Origin: Abditibacteriaceae bacterium
GTDB taxonomy: Bacteria; Armatimonadota; Abditibacteriia; Abditibacteriales; Abditibacteriaceae
Direction of reading: 5' to 3'
NCBI GenBank assembly: GCA_965277285.1
Contig: OZ255721.1
Span: 1,408,001-1,472,000 of the forward strand
DNA: 64,000 nt
The position numbers were made by a program, and so were the translations under genes. The notes beneath the pieces are model-generated. The model was not told where the DNA came from and searched no databases. It worked only from the letters and a program-made list of their open reading frames with translations. Shown piece by piece: positions 1-10,291 of the stretch (its first letter is position 1; the number at the start of each line of letters is the position of its first letter).

Positions 1-193
1 CGGCTGAAACATCCCGCACATGAAAGTCACAAAGTCGAAGCGCTGTCCGACTTATGGCTCGAATGGCCGGGTTTGTCAGGAGACAGTCGGCAGAGAGCAG
101 GAGGCAGTTAAGGCGCAGGACATTCAAACGATGACGTTTCAATTATCGAGTACTCGAACTGCTTCCTGCTTTCTGCTGACTGCTTCTTGAACC

Positions 194-1003
194 ATGTCTC
201 GCACGCTGACTTATTCGACTTCCGCGATTGTTCTGCGCACGCGTCTTATCGGCGAAAAAGATCGCGTGATGACGTTGTTGTCGCCGGATGAAGGAAAGTT
301 TGATGCCGTGGCGCGCGGCGCTCGCAACCCGAAATCGAAGCTGGCCGCGACTTCGCAGCCTTTTGTCTGGGCGCGGTTTTTAGTGGCGCGCGGACGCAGC
401 ATTGACATCGCAACGCAGGCCGAAGTCGAGACGGCGCATATACACATTTCTGCTGATTTGTGGCGCACCGCGTGGGCGACGTATGTTTGCGAACTCGCTT
501 CAATTGTGCCCGAACGCCAACCGGACGAAGAACTTTTCACGCTATTGCGCGCGACCTTGAGCGCGCTCGATGACACGACACGCGAGAACTTCGACTTGGA
601 AATCGCCGGTTTCTGGTTTCAGGCGCGTTTTCTCAGTTTGTCGGGTTATGCGGCGACGCTGGGGCGTTGCGTTGTCGGCGGCGAAAAAATCGTCGTGCCG
701 CCCGATGATTTGGCGTCGCGTGTCGCGTTTTCGCCCGAACTGGGCGGCACGTTATGCACGCTTTGCGCTCATCGTGATCCGCATCGCATGACAGTTTTAG
801 CGCAATCGTTGCGCGCACTTCGAGTACTCGAACGCGGCGCGGAACCGCCGTTATCTGCCAGTTTGAACTTGACAACCAATGCACGCCGCGACCTGCGCGA
901 TTGCCTACGGAACTTGTTGCGCGCGCATTTGGATGCGAGGCCACGTTCGCAAGTTTTTCTGGATGATGTCGCACAATCGCTGGAGATGGGCAACACGCTT
1001 TGA
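194..1003 (+). CDS. recO: DNA repair protein RecO
   Basis: N-terminal AIVLR...GEKDRVMTL...G...AVARGAR..KSKL OB-fold motif; C-terminal Cys cluster (CVV...GGTLCTLC). Confidence 0.93.
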   Translation: MSRTLTYSTSAIVLRTRLIGEKDRVMTLLSPDEGKFDAVARGARNPKSKLAATSQPFVWARFLVARGRSIDIATQAEVETAHIHISADLWRTAWATYVCELASIVPERQPDEELFTLLRATLSALDDTTRENFDLEIAGFWFQARFLSLSGYAATLGRCVVGGEKIVVPPDDLASRVAFSPELGGTLCTLCAHRDPHRMTVLAQSLRALRVLERGAEPPLSASLNLTTNARRDLRDCLRNLLRAHLDARPRSQVFLDDVAQSLEMGNTL

Positions 1004-1173
1004 TTTGGTATTTTGAACGCTCGCGCGGCTATTGTGAAAGTAGGACAGTTCGGTCATAATCTCTTGTTAATACAGCCTTGTACAATGCGCCGCTTTGTTG
1101 CCTTTTGATGTGTTCATCGCACTTTGTAACGCATTAAGAAATGCACTTTTCGGCTCGCCGTGAGGGAGGTTTC

Positions 1174-1974
1174 ATGCCCGATAATTCTGTTCCCGCACCT
1201 GCTATTCAAAATCCTTCACCTTCCGTAGCTGCATCGAATCCAGTGTCAGCTTCCGCAACACCGCCGGGCACAGCAAGTGCAGCGTCGAAAACTGCGGCGG
1301 CTCCATCTAATGTCGGCGATTTGGGTTGGGTTTGGCGCGAAGTGCGCAAGCGCGTTTTTATCAAGTTGCCGTTTTCGCGTCCTGTCGCCGAAGCGCTGGA
1401 AGCGGTGGTACCGATTCTCCTCGAAGGCGATACGTTCGTGTGCGGCTTGCCGACAATTCAATATCCGATGTCGAGCTATCTGAACGCGACGCAGGTGCGC
1501 AATACCATCGAAACGATTTTGCAAGGCGCCAGTGGCCAGCGCATTCGTTTTGAATTGATCGAAGGTACGACGATTGAAGATTGGAACGAAATCAAGGAAC
1601 GCCGCGCCAAAGCGCATGAAGCCGTCATCGCGATGGCCGAGCAGCATATTGAGACGCACCATTACGAAGCCGTTTTGAACCAGGTCGTGGGTGAAATACG
1701 CCAGCGCATTACATCAACGACCGACCGCATTTATCCTCAAGTGCGAATGCAAGCAATGTTCGAGATCGTGCCGCTGTTGTCCGATACAGCCGATATGCTT
1801 TTCCCCGACCGCGATGCGCACGACGCGCGGCGCGCCATGGCACGCGCCATTGATCGCATCGCCAACTTTCTCGATATGCCGCCGCTGACGCTCGCCCTGG
1901 AAGTCGAACGTTATTATCGCGCGAATGCGCGTCCGCCGCGTAACGACGCCGCCGAAATCGCCACCAACGGCTAA
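1174..1974 (+). CDS. hypothetical protein
   Basis: Long ORF; GGAGG RBS before ATG 1174; followed by a terminator hairpin. Confidence 0.75.
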   Translation: MPDNSVPAPAIQNPSPSVAASNPVSASATPPGTASAASKTAAAPSNVGDLGWVWREVRKRVFIKLPFSRPVAEALEAVVPILLEGDTFVCGLPTIQYPMSSYLNATQVRNTIETILQGASGQRIRFELIEGTTIEDWNEIKERRAKAHEAVIAMAEQHIETHHYEAVLNQVVGEIRQRITSTTDRIYPQVRMQAMFEIVPLLSDTADMLFPDRDAHDARRAMARAIDRIANFLDMPPLTLALEVERYYRANARPPRNDAAEIATNG

Positions 1975-1988
1975 AGAATCTGTGTCAA

Positions 1989-2026
1989 AGATACCGCATT
2001 GAGTACTGAATGCGGTATCTTTTTTG
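1989..2026 (+). terminator. rho-independent terminator
   Basis: AGATACCGCATT...AATGCGGTATCT stem then T-tract. Confidence 0.8.
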
Positions 2027-2054
2027 CCTCTTCTTCTAAGCAGGAGGCGAAACC

Positions 2055-2276
2055 ATGAGCCAGACAAATGATCGCAGTGACACGCCATCGAACGTCGAAA
2101 AAGACCCGGACGAATGGACAACCGGCGGCGAAGCGATGACGGGCGCGCAAAAATCCTATCTTCAAACGCTGTCCGATGAAGCCGGTGAAGAATTCGATGA
2201 AAAGTTGACCAAAGCCGAAGCGTCCAAGCGCATCGAAGAATTGCAGCAGAAAACCGGACGCGGCGTTGACCATTAA
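2055..2276 (+). CDS. DUF3072 family small protein
   Basis: KDPDEWTTGGEAMTGAQKSYLQTL...LTKAEASKRIEEL signature; GGAGG RBS. Confidence 0.85.
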   Translation: MSQTNDRSDTPSNVEKDPDEWTTGGEAMTGAQKSYLQTLSDEAGEEFDEKLTKAEASKRIEELQQKTGRGVDH

Positions 2277-2291
2277 AGGACAATCCGCCCA

Positions 2292-2326
2292 AGCGTCCCG
2301 CGAAAGTAAACTTCGCGGGACGCTTT
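2292..2326 (+). terminator. rho-independent terminator
   Basis: AGCGTCCCGCGAA...TTCGCGGGACGCT-TT. Confidence 0.7.
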
Positions 2327-2478
2327 GCTGTGTGCCAACTTCAAACATTCAAATTCTAAACGCAATCGAGTACTCGAATGTCGAAAAACGACGCGTTGCG
2401 CTTCATTCCAGTCAATTACAAGCACGATAGAACGCCAAATGCGTTGACGTTGCGGCGCTATCACGGGATAATCAACGC

Positions 2479-5055
2479 GTGTCGCTTTCATCTCAAAACC
2501 CAACTGAACCCACCCGTTTTTCCGTGACAAACGCCAACGCCGCAGCGGATGCTAACGTCACAACAAAGGCATTGGACAACGAAATTTCCGGTGACGCCGT
2601 CGCTAACGGCCTTGATAATAGCCTTTTCGTCAATGGCATTTCCGGCGCTTCGGTCTCGTTACCAGAAGAATTAGTCACATCGGTTGCAATCCCAATTCTC
2701 AACCCGAATGATGATGTGTCCAATTTTGCAAGCGTGACCAACGTTGCAAGCGAGTCCAACGTTGCAAGCGTGACCAATCCTGAACGTGAAGTGATTTCGT
2801 CCGTGAAAGAGCCAGTTTTCACGGCGCGCGGCGAACGCCCGTTCCCCAAGAAGCGCACCAAGCCAGCAAAATTGGCGCGCGGCGCGGTTATTGGCGTTTT
2901 GTTTTTGGGTGGCTTGAGCGTTTTCGCTTTGATGTCGCGCCAAAACCGTACGCTCAACGTTCAAAACGCCATTACCAACACGGTTTCTCAGACTTCGAGT
3001 ACTCGAAACGCCGTCACCAGCGCAACGCCAGACGCGACGCAAGCAAATTCGGGATCGTCTAACGGTTCGTTGTCTTCCATTTTCGACAGTCTTCAGCAAA
3101 CGCAAAAACTGAAGCCAAGCAGCGTTCTGTCGGCGTCGCAATTATCGCCAAAAGGTCGGGCAAAAGCGTCCGCGCCGCAACCCAATCCGCTGCCGAATAG
3201 CGCGCCACAAAACCAAAGTTTGCCCAATCAAGCGTTGCCAAACGTGGCAAATTCAGCCGCGCCCAATGTGGTGGAAGCGGCCTTCAATCGCGCGGTTGCG
3301 GCGCAAAAGGCTGGTCGCAACGACGAAGCGCTATTGGCTTACCATGATGTGTTGCAGTCGCGTCCCGACCTGGTTCCGGCGCGCGTCAACATGGCGTTGT
3401 TGTTGTTGCAAATGAAGCGTCCTGCCGAAGCCTTGCCGCAACTGCAAACAGCGCGCAGACTCGAACCGAAAAACCCTTCTTTGCCCTGGCAAATCGCGCA
3501 AACTTTGGTGCAATTGAAACGACCCACAGAAGCGCTGGAACCTTTGCGCACCGTTGTCGCTCTGGCGCCGCGCGACCCGCAAAGTCGTGGCGCACTGGCG
3601 CAACTTTTGGCCGCCACAGGCAAGTCCGAAGAAGCGCTCGCGCAATGGAAACAATTGGCCGCGCTGGTGCCCCAATCGCCGGACGCCGCCTTTAGCGCCG
3701 GTTCGCTGGCCGCTGCGCTCAAGCGATGGAGTGATGCTGAAAAGTGGTTGCGCCGCGCCAAAAATTTGGTCGATAAAATCGATCCGCGCGATCCGCGACC
3801 AACCCTGCAATTGGCGCGCGTGCTGGCGCAAAGCGGCAAAACGCGCGACGCGCAAACGCTGTTGGAAAATGGCGCCAGGCGCTTTCCCAAAACGGTCGAA
3901 ATCGGCACGTTGTTGTCCGATGTTCGCCTGGCGCGCGGCGACAAAAGTGGCGCGGTGGACGCTCTTCAAAACGTCTTGCCGCAAGTTCCAGCGACTACCG
4001 AAAACGGCGTGCCGCGCGCGCGTTTATATGCGTCCATCGCGCGCTTGCAGGAACATCGCAAGCGTTTTGGAGAGGCCGCTGATGCCTGGTCGTCCGCGAC
4101 CAAATTGCTGCCGCGCGATCCCGATTTGCGCGCCTTTTACGCCGATGCCTTGATGCGCAGCGGCGACAAAAAAGAAGCTGTCGCACAGTTTCGCCAAGCC
4201 TTACAAATCGACCCGAGGCGCAACGATTTGCGGCTTCCCCTCGCGCGCGCTCTGGCGGACAATGGGCAAAACGGCGCGGCGACAATCGAGTACGCGAAAC
4301 TGCTGCAAGTTCAGCCGAAAAACGCGGCTTTGCTGGCCCAACAAGCGCAGCTTTTCGAGAAGCAAAAAAAATATGATGCGGCCATTGCAAACTGGGCGCG
4401 CATTCAGGCATTGCAGCAAGACAGCACCGTTCCGATTTTACAAAGCGCGCGTTTATTGCGATCCGCGGGCCGCGAAACCGAAGCGCTTTCCAAATACCGC
4501 GAAACGCTGCAACTCGAGCCGAACCAGCCAGACGCCTTGCTGGGCGCGGCGCAACTTGAAGAAAAAACCGGACAAAGCGCGCGCGCACTGGCACACTGGC
4601 GCGATTTAGTCGAAACACGTCCGGGATTCTTCCCCGCTTATAGCGCGCTTCTCGAAAACGCGTCCAAGCGCCGCCAGGTCGCCGCAACTGTCAACTTTCT
4701 GCGCCCGATCTTGGCGCGTCAGCCAGAAAATCCGGTCGCTTTCGAGGCGATTTTGCGCGCCTACAATGAAGTCGGCACGCCCGAACTGGGTCGCGCTTAT
4801 TTGCAGCAATTCATTAAGAATCATCCCAGCGCCATTGCGCCTCAACGCGCCCTGACGCGCTTCGATTTGCAAAACGCCAAACACCGCTTGCAAGGTATGG
4901 AAAACAACAGCGCGACGCCATCGAGCAGCCCATCGAGTACTCGAACGCCGCAAGAAACGCCCACGGCAACACCGCAAAATACAGCCACAGCAACGCCTGA
5001 TGCTTCGCCGCACGAAACTGCCACAGCGACGCATGACGCGACTGCAACGCCGTAA
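2479..5055 (+). CDS. membrane-anchored tetratricopeptide repeat protein
   Basis: One TM segment (GAVIGVLFLGGLSVFALM), many TPR-like units, Thr/Pro-rich tail; start uncertain. Confidence 0.85.
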   Translation: MSLSSQNPTEPTRFSVTNANAAADANVTTKALDNEISGDAVANGLDNSLFVNGISGASVSLPEELVTSVAIPILNPNDDVSNFASVTNVASESNVASVTNPEREVISSVKEPVFTARGERPFPKKRTKPAKLARGAVIGVLFLGGLSVFALMSRQNRTLNVQNAITNTVSQTSSTRNAVTSATPDATQANSGSSNGSLSSIFDSLQQTQKLKPSSVLSASQLSPKGRAKASAPQPNPLPNSAPQNQSLPNQALPNVANSAAPNVVEAAFNRAVAAQKAGRNDEALLAYHDVLQSRPDLVPARVNMALLLLQMKRPAEALPQLQTARRLEPKNPSLPWQIAQTLVQLKRPTEALEPLRTVVALAPRDPQSRGALAQLLAATGKSEEALAQWKQLAALVPQSPDAAFSAGSLAAALKRWSDAEKWLRRAKNLVDKIDPRDPRPTLQLARVLAQSGKTRDAQTLLENGARRFPKTVEIGTLLSDVRLARGDKSGAVDALQNVLPQVPATTENGVPRARLYASIARLQEHRKRFGEAADAWSSATKLLPRDPDLRAFYADALMRSGDKKEAVAQFRQALQIDPRRNDLRLPLARALADNGQNGAATIEYAKLLQVQPKNAALLAQQAQLFEKQKKYDAAIANWARIQALQQDSTVPILQSARLLRSAGRETEALSKYRETLQLEPNQPDALLGAAQLEEKTGQSARALAHWRDLVETRPGFFPAYSALLENASKRRQVAATVNFLRPILARQPENPVAFEAILRAYNEVGTPELGRAYLQQFIKNHPSAIAPQRALTRFDLQNAKHRLQGMENNSATPSSSPSSTRTPQETPTATPQNTATATPDASPHETATATHDATATP

Positions 5056-5221
5056 AATCGAGTTTCTGCTTCCCGTTCAATTGAGTAGCCGCGCAAATTT
5101 CTCGGATATTTGAACGTGTCATTGGTTTGTAATTAACCATTCCAATAATGGTAGCTTTTGGAATAAAGTTGAAGTCGGCCAGCGCGTTATTCTCTTTAGT
5201 CTGCGAAAGCATAATTCCTAA

Positions 5222-6226
5222 TTGATAACGTTCAATGTTATGATTAAATCCTTCAACAAAACCCGACTCTTTAGTATCACTGTGATAGTGGGGATTACAA
5301 GCCTCGTGCTGTATAGGCTACTGACGCCTCAGCCAAGTGATGAAATAAATGTTGGGACAGACATCCACAGCCTGTCCTTCTCACCAGATGACAAGTATCT
5401 CGCGGTCGCAAGCCTGAGAAATGGACAGGCTGATGCAGCCGATCAAGGTTTTCATATCTTTTTTGGTGCTATACAGATTTACTCAGTAAAAGCGCAAGAA
5501 CTTAAGTTACACGACACCTTGGAGTCGTTTTATCCCGCATATGACCCGGATATGGCTGTGACAGCCTTTTATACGACTGATGGCACACAACTCGTGGTGA
5601 GCGATACCAATTCAAAAATCGTTGCTTACGATACGTCCAGCCTGGCGAGCACGCAAGCGAATCCTAAGCCCTATGTATCACCTGAGTATGTTGCTTCCAA
5701 TGACGGGTATTCAGCTCGCATCGTAAGTAGTAGCAATAGTATTAACACTCAGGTTCTTGTTACGACACCCAGAGGTTCGACTCTGGTCAAGACGCACAAC
5801 GAACTATCGTGTTTGGCGCTGGACGAGACGAATAAGAAGTTGGCTATCGCAGTTATTAGCGGAGACATACTTGTTTTCGACTTGATAACACGAAAAACAG
5901 TTGCGCATATTTCATGTCGCACTAAAACGCTTCATCCATATTTCAACGTCATTAACGGTCTTGTATGGCTTCCTCAGGAAAAGACCAAGTGCAAAGTTCT
6001 TTGGGCCTCGAATTGGGAGAGACGCTCAATTCTTTGGGATTCTTGCCAGCATCAGGTGATAGCTGATAAGGTGCTGTTACAAGAAATTTCCTGTGTTGCC
6101 ATAAACCATGCTGGTGACCTTATCGCTTATAGCACGCGAGAAGGCGTTGTGAAAGTACTGTCCACCAAACAATTACTTGCTTCTCTTATGAGCGGGAGCA
6201 CAAAACAACTTTTTGATGAGCCTTGA
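5222..6226 (+). CDS. WD40/beta-propeller repeat protein
   Basis: SLSFSPDDKYLAVAS, ISCVAINHAGDLIAYS repeats; N-terminal anchor; visibly more AT-rich than flanks; start uncertain. Confidence 0.7.
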   Translation: MITFNVMIKSFNKTRLFSITVIVGITSLVLYRLLTPQPSDEINVGTDIHSLSFSPDDKYLAVASLRNGQADAADQGFHIFFGAIQIYSVKAQELKLHDTLESFYPAYDPDMAVTAFYTTDGTQLVVSDTNSKIVAYDTSSLASTQANPKPYVSPEYVASNDGYSARIVSSSNSINTQVLVTTPRGSTLVKTHNELSCLALDETNKKLAIAVISGDILVFDLITRKTVAHISCRTKTLHPYFNVINGLVWLPQEKTKCKVLWASNWERRSILWDSCQHQVIADKVLLQEISCVAINHAGDLIAYSTREGVVKVLSTKQLLASLMSGSTKQLFDEP

Positions 6227-6278
6227 GCAGAAGTGACGCATGTAGGTGCGCCAAAGAATTGCAAACAGGCAAAAGAAT

Positions 6279-6309
6279 GAGGCGGAGGAAATATCCATTC
6301 CTCCGCCTC
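6279..6309 (-). terminator. terminator hairpin closing the 7477-6328 transcript (possibly bidirectional)
   Basis: GAGGCGGAGGAA...TTCCTCCGCCTC, followed on the minus strand by ATTCTTTT. Confidence 0.75.
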
Positions 6310-6327
6310 GCTGTGCCGCGATTTGAT

Positions 6328-6492
6328 GCTGCCAGTGGCGTTTAATCCGATGAATCAGGTCTGAGTGCGTTCGCTCTGCTCCTGAGCTACTCCCACGAAA
6401 CGAAAACTTTACAACAAGCGACTTTGGAGTGGGAGACTGGATTCGCACCAGCGTCTAACGCAAGAAATTTCATCGAAACTTGATCCGGCAAC
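6328..6492 (-). ncRNA. circularly permuted tRNA-like RNA B (Y RNA/YrlA-like architecture)
   Basis: Minus-strand order: GCGTT, T-arm GCTGG-TGCGAAT-CCAGT, CTCCCAC-T-CCA, 28-nt linker, GTGGGAG-TA-GCTC..GAGC D-arm, AACGC; the ends pair in a long interrupted stem. Confidence 0.75.
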
Positions 6493-6495
6493 CAC

Positions 6496-6737
6496 GGCCA
6501 ATGCTGAAGTTGGGAGTGACATTTTTAAGTTGCTCGAAACCCAAAGCGCGACGTTGCGCGCCGCCTTTGTGCGTCTGCCAGTTCCGCCACCCTTGCAGGA
6601 TTTGAAGTCTTAATTTGAGTACTCGATGCGCACAATAATTAAAACTCAGCATTCAAAATTAACTTTGGTGCAAGGGGCAGGATTTGAACCTGCACGTTTC
6701 GGGTTTTTAATGTCAATCTGAGTTTCAGTTTGACTCC
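6496..6737 (-). ncRNA. circularly permuted tRNA-like RNA A (Y RNA/YrlA-like architecture)
   Basis: Minus-strand order: T-arm GCAGG-TTCAAAT-CCTGC, CCCTTGC-A-CCA (6676-6666), 69-nt linker, GCAAGGG-TG-GCGGAACTGGCAGACGC (6596-6571); ends pair via TGACATT/AATGTCA, CTGAA/TTCAG, GTCAA/TTGGC. Confidence 0.78.
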
Positions 6738-6742
6738 GCTCT

Positions 6743-7477
6743 TCAAGATAGCAGATACGCCGTCAAAGTTCCACCAACGTTTTTCGCTTCGGCTTCGACC
6801 GAGTTCGCCTGCTCGCGCGCATATTTCACGGCTTGCGTCAATTTTTCGATGCGCTCCAGCAAGGTTTGCTTGCGCGGAACTGGCAGCGCACCACTTTGCT
6901 TGACGGTATCCCAGTAACCGACGACGACATCTTCGGTAATCATTTGCGTTTGCGCCGGATGTTCGGTCGTCGCGGGATAAAGCACCAAAGGTTTCTGCAC
7001 TTTCTTGGTGCGCTGCGTTGGAATCGCGGCGGTTTTGAACAATCCCGAATTTTCGTCGCGGTTCCAATCGTCGGTTTCGTCCAAGGCGGGCAGCTTTTCC
7101 ACAAAGGTGTGCAAATCGCCCAATTGCTTTTCCAAAAACAACAAATATGTCGCGGGCGCGGCTTCGATCAAAGTCTGGCCATCGACAATGACGTTGGCGT
7201 GCGCGTGGCAATTGGCGTAATCTTTGGTGGCCGTTACGTCCATGATCTCGGTCAGCAGCTTGCCGATTTGTCCTAAAACTGTTTCGGCTTCGAACTGAAC
7301 TTTTTTGCGCTCCTGCGGATAATCTTCGCCTTCCTCGTCTTTTTTGCGATAGGTTTTGACGAAGCCGTTAAACAAATCCGGCTTTTGCGACGCTTTGTGC
7401 ATTTCGCTGATTTCGCCATAAACGCGCGATTTCACGCCTTTTTCCACCGCCACAACTTGATTCAATTTCTGTGTCAT
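6743..7477 (-). CDS. conserved hypothetical protein (KLNQxxAVEKG family)
   Basis: 244-aa ORF, GGAG RBS, TATAAT at 7513-7508; I recall similar proteins from actinobacteria and phages but did not verify this. Confidence 0.85.
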   Translation of the reverse strand: MTQKLNQVVAVEKGVKSRVYGEISEMHKASQKPDLFNGFVKTYRKKDEEGEDYPQERKKVQFEAETVLGQIGKLLTEIMDVTATKDYANCHAHANVIVDGQTLIEAAPATYLLFLEKQLGDLHTFVEKLPALDETDDWNRDENSGLFKTAAIPTQRTKKVQKPLVLYPATTEHPAQTQMITEDVVVGYWDTVKQSGALPVPRKQTLLERIEKLTQAVKYAREQANSVEAEAKNVGGTLTAYLLS

Positions 7478-7671
7478 GAGTTTTTCTCCCGATAATTGCA
7501 GAACGTTATTATAAGCTGATTTCGAGTACTCGAATTGAAAAATCGTTCGCGTAAGTTCCTCATGTTAACCAGGTGACATCAAATTTAATCTTTTCTTGAG
7601 TTGCTTTTAACCTTGAGTTGCATTTTCTTCACGATAATCCTCTCGTCTTTAAGTTTCGTGAGGTTTTGGTC

Positions 7672-8562
7672 ATGCATTTGTCAAGAAAAGGTTTGTCGCA
7701 CACACAACGAAGCACAACACAGCGCGGTTTTACGCTGATTGAATTGCTGGTGGTGATCGCCATTATTGCGATTTTAGCCAGTATTCTTTTTCCGGCTTTC
7801 GCCCGAGCGCGTGAAGCCGCACGTCGTTCAACGTGCCAGAGCAACTTGCGACAGTTCATGCAGGGCATCTTGATGTATGCCCAAGACAACGATGAAAAAA
7901 TGCCGCTTTCAATCAGCAGCACGGCGCAAATCGGCCCAGCAATCGCGGCAGCTAATGGCGTGCAGCCGTTTAGCGTTCCGGCGGAAATTATGACGTATAT
8001 CAAGAGCACGGAAGTTTTTCATTGCCCCGACGACCGGGGTTTCAGTTCTTATGGAGCCGCCAATACAGCCGGTGGCTTTCAAGTTCCAGCGGGAACCAGC
8101 GTTTTCGATGCGTATGGAACATCTTACAAGTTCACCAAAGAAAACTTCTCGATGGTTCCTTCCAGTTTCCCGGCTCCAACGAACCCGATGAAGTACACGC
8201 AGGTCAAATTGGGCGCTTCCGGCAACCAGGTCGCATCGCCTGGCGCAACAAGCGGTTGGACGGATCCGCCATTCCCGATGCCCTTGTCTTACTTCGCTCG
8301 TCCTTCCGACACGCGCGTTATGCGTTGCTTTGTGGCGCCCTGGGAAGTGCCGATTGCTGCCGACACGCCCAACGTAATGCACGATGCCGCCGATGTGATG
8401 GCCTTTGCCGATGGCCACGTCAAAACCATCATCAACAAAGTGCAATATGACAGCTACTGCGACGGCCCGACCTATTCGCCGGTGCGCAAAAACGATCAGC
8501 CCAACTACAACGCCGCTGGCGATGGTTCCTGCAACACGTCGGGACAAGAACGTCGCAGCTAA
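7672..8562 (+). CDS. DUF1559 / prepilin-type N-terminal cleavage / H-X9-DG domain protein
   Basis: [41 protein letters not shown]...MAFADGHVK. Confidence 0.92.
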   Translation: MHLSRKGLSHTQRSTTQRGFTLIELLVVIAIIAILASILFPAFARAREAARRSTCQSNLRQFMQGILMYAQDNDEKMPLSISSTAQIGPAIAAANGVQPFSVPAEIMTYIKSTEVFHCPDDRGFSSYGAANTAGGFQVPAGTSVFDAYGTSYKFTKENFSMVPSSFPAPTNPMKYTQVKLGASGNQVASPGATSGWTDPPFPMPLSYFARPSDTRVMRCFVAPWEVPIAADTPNVMHDAADVMAFADGHVKTIINKVQYDSYCDGPTYSPVRKNDQPNYNAAGDGSCNTSGQERRS

Positions 8563-8647
8563 AGCCAGACAATCAAAGCGCGGAACTTAGAAAATCGAGT
8601 ACTCGAATTGAGTACTCGATTCTTCGTTTAGAACGCACATCCCATTT

Positions 8648-10261
8648 ATGAACATCAAAAACACCGATTCTTTACCAACTTCCGAGACGCCCAACGTATC
8701 GCGGCGCGATTTTCTGCGCGCTGCGGGTGGCGTGACGTTTCTCGCTCTGGCGCCAACCGCGCAAGGGTTTTTCGCCTTACTCGCCGAAGCAAAAAGCGCC
8801 AAACCCAGCGCCAACGACGCGACTTTCATCCACAACACGGCGAATTTGCCCGCCAAAATGCCGCTCTTTACGGCCTTGCCTTACATCCAGCCGGGCGCCT
8901 CGAGCAAGCTGATCGACGGTCAGGAAGCGATTGTTATCGCGTGGCAAACCGAATATCTGCCCGCCGATTTCGAGATTACATTCGGAATGGGTAAGAAACT
9001 GAACCAGACGGCGCAAATCGCGCGCACCGAACGTTGGTCGGGCGACCCGAACGACGATGGCGAAAAGCGTTTCAATTATGCCGCGACGTTGTCCGGCCTC
9101 AATCTGGGGCGCGAATATTCGTATCGCGTGCGCGGTAACAATCAGACGATTATGGAAGGCTACTTTTCGACGCGCAAGCCACGCGGATCGAGTACTCGAT
9201 TTGTGGCGTTTGGCGACAATTCCTTTGGCGACATCAGCGACCGCGCGATTGCCTTTCAAGCGTATCAGGCGCGCCCCGACTTCGTGATGAATACCGGCGA
9301 CAACGTTTACGACAGCGGCTTGGACAACGAATATGCGCGCTACTTTTTTCCGGTTTACAACGCCGATCAAAGCGGGCAACGCACCGGCGCACCGCTTTTG
9401 CGCTCAGTTCCATTTTACACCGTCATCGCCAACCACGACGTTCACGACAAGGACGCGCTCAAGCATCCGGTCGTCGATTTTAGTAAATATCCCGATTCGC
9501 TGGCTTATTTCACCAATATGCACTTGCCGTTGAACGGGCCGACACCATCGCAAATCGTTCCAATTCAAGGCGACGCGATTTACATAGACGCTTTTCAGAA
9601 AGCGGCGGGCGAACGTTTCCCGCGCATGGCGAATTATTCCTTCGATTACGCCGACTGCCACTTCTTGTGTCTCGATTCCAACTTGTACGTTGACCCGACC
9701 GACAAAACAATGCAGAAATGGATCGAAGACGACTTGAGCACGACCGATGCAATGTGGAAGTTCGTCGTTTATCATCATCCTGCCTTCAACGTCGGCGACG
9801 ATCATTATGCCGAGCAGCAAATGCGCGTTTTAATGCCTTTGCTGGAAAAGCATAAAGTTGACTTCGTGCTGAACGGACACGAGCATTCGTATCAGCGCGC
9901 CCAACCGTTGCGCTTTGTGCCAAGCGACGTGAGCGGCGCGCAAAACTTGGGATCGAAAAAACGTCTGGTGCCAGGAAATTTCACGGTTGACCACGCGTTC
10001 GACGGCAAAACCAACGCGCGCGCCGATGGCATTTTGCACATTGTAACGGGCGCGGGCGGCAAGCATCTTTATGATCCGGCGCACAACGAAAACCCTGTCG
10101 CGTGGCGCCATACGGAAGATAACAACGTGGAATACGTCAAGCACATGATTACTGACCGCCATTCGTTGACGGTTTTCGATGTCGCGGGACGCTCGTTGCA
10201 AATGACGCAAATCGACGAATGGGGCAACACCATCGACATGATTCGCGTTATAAAATCTTGA
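8648..10261 (+). CDS. Tat-exported purple acid phosphatase-like metallophosphoesterase
   Basis: SRRDFL Tat motif; FGD, GDNVY, ANHD, YHHP, GHEH metal-binding motifs. Confidence 0.9.
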   Translation: MNIKNTDSLPTSETPNVSRRDFLRAAGGVTFLALAPTAQGFFALLAEAKSAKPSANDATFIHNTANLPAKMPLFTALPYIQPGASSKLIDGQEAIVIAWQTEYLPADFEITFGMGKKLNQTAQIARTERWSGDPNDDGEKRFNYAATLSGLNLGREYSYRVRGNNQTIMEGYFSTRKPRGSSTRFVAFGDNSFGDISDRAIAFQAYQARPDFVMNTGDNVYDSGLDNEYARYFFPVYNADQSGQRTGAPLLRSVPFYTVIANHDVHDKDALKHPVVDFSKYPDSLAYFTNMHLPLNGPTPSQIVPIQGDAIYIDAFQKAAGERFPRMANYSFDYADCHFLCLDSNLYVDPTDKTMQKWIEDDLSTTDAMWKFVVYHHPAFNVGDDHYAEQQMRVLMPLLEKHKVDFVLNGHEHSYQRAQPLRFVPSDVSGAQNLGSKKRLVPGNFTVDHAFDGKTNARADGILHIVTGAGGKHLYDPAHNENPVAWRHTEDNNVEYVKHMITDRHSLTVFDVAGRSLQMTQIDEWGNTIDMIRVIKS

Positions 10262-10291
10262 TTTCTGCAGTTTGCAAGCATTGCGCAAATT

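Noticed and set aside
6425..6596. Reading the 5' half of unit A with the 3' half of unit B as one normal or intron-containing tRNA
   Set aside because: GCAAGGG cannot pair with CTCCCAC; perfect pairing exists only in the permuted arrangement
6328..6737. Two-piece tmRNA
   Set aside because: No alanine-type G3-U70 acceptor or tag reading frame seen, and there are two different units
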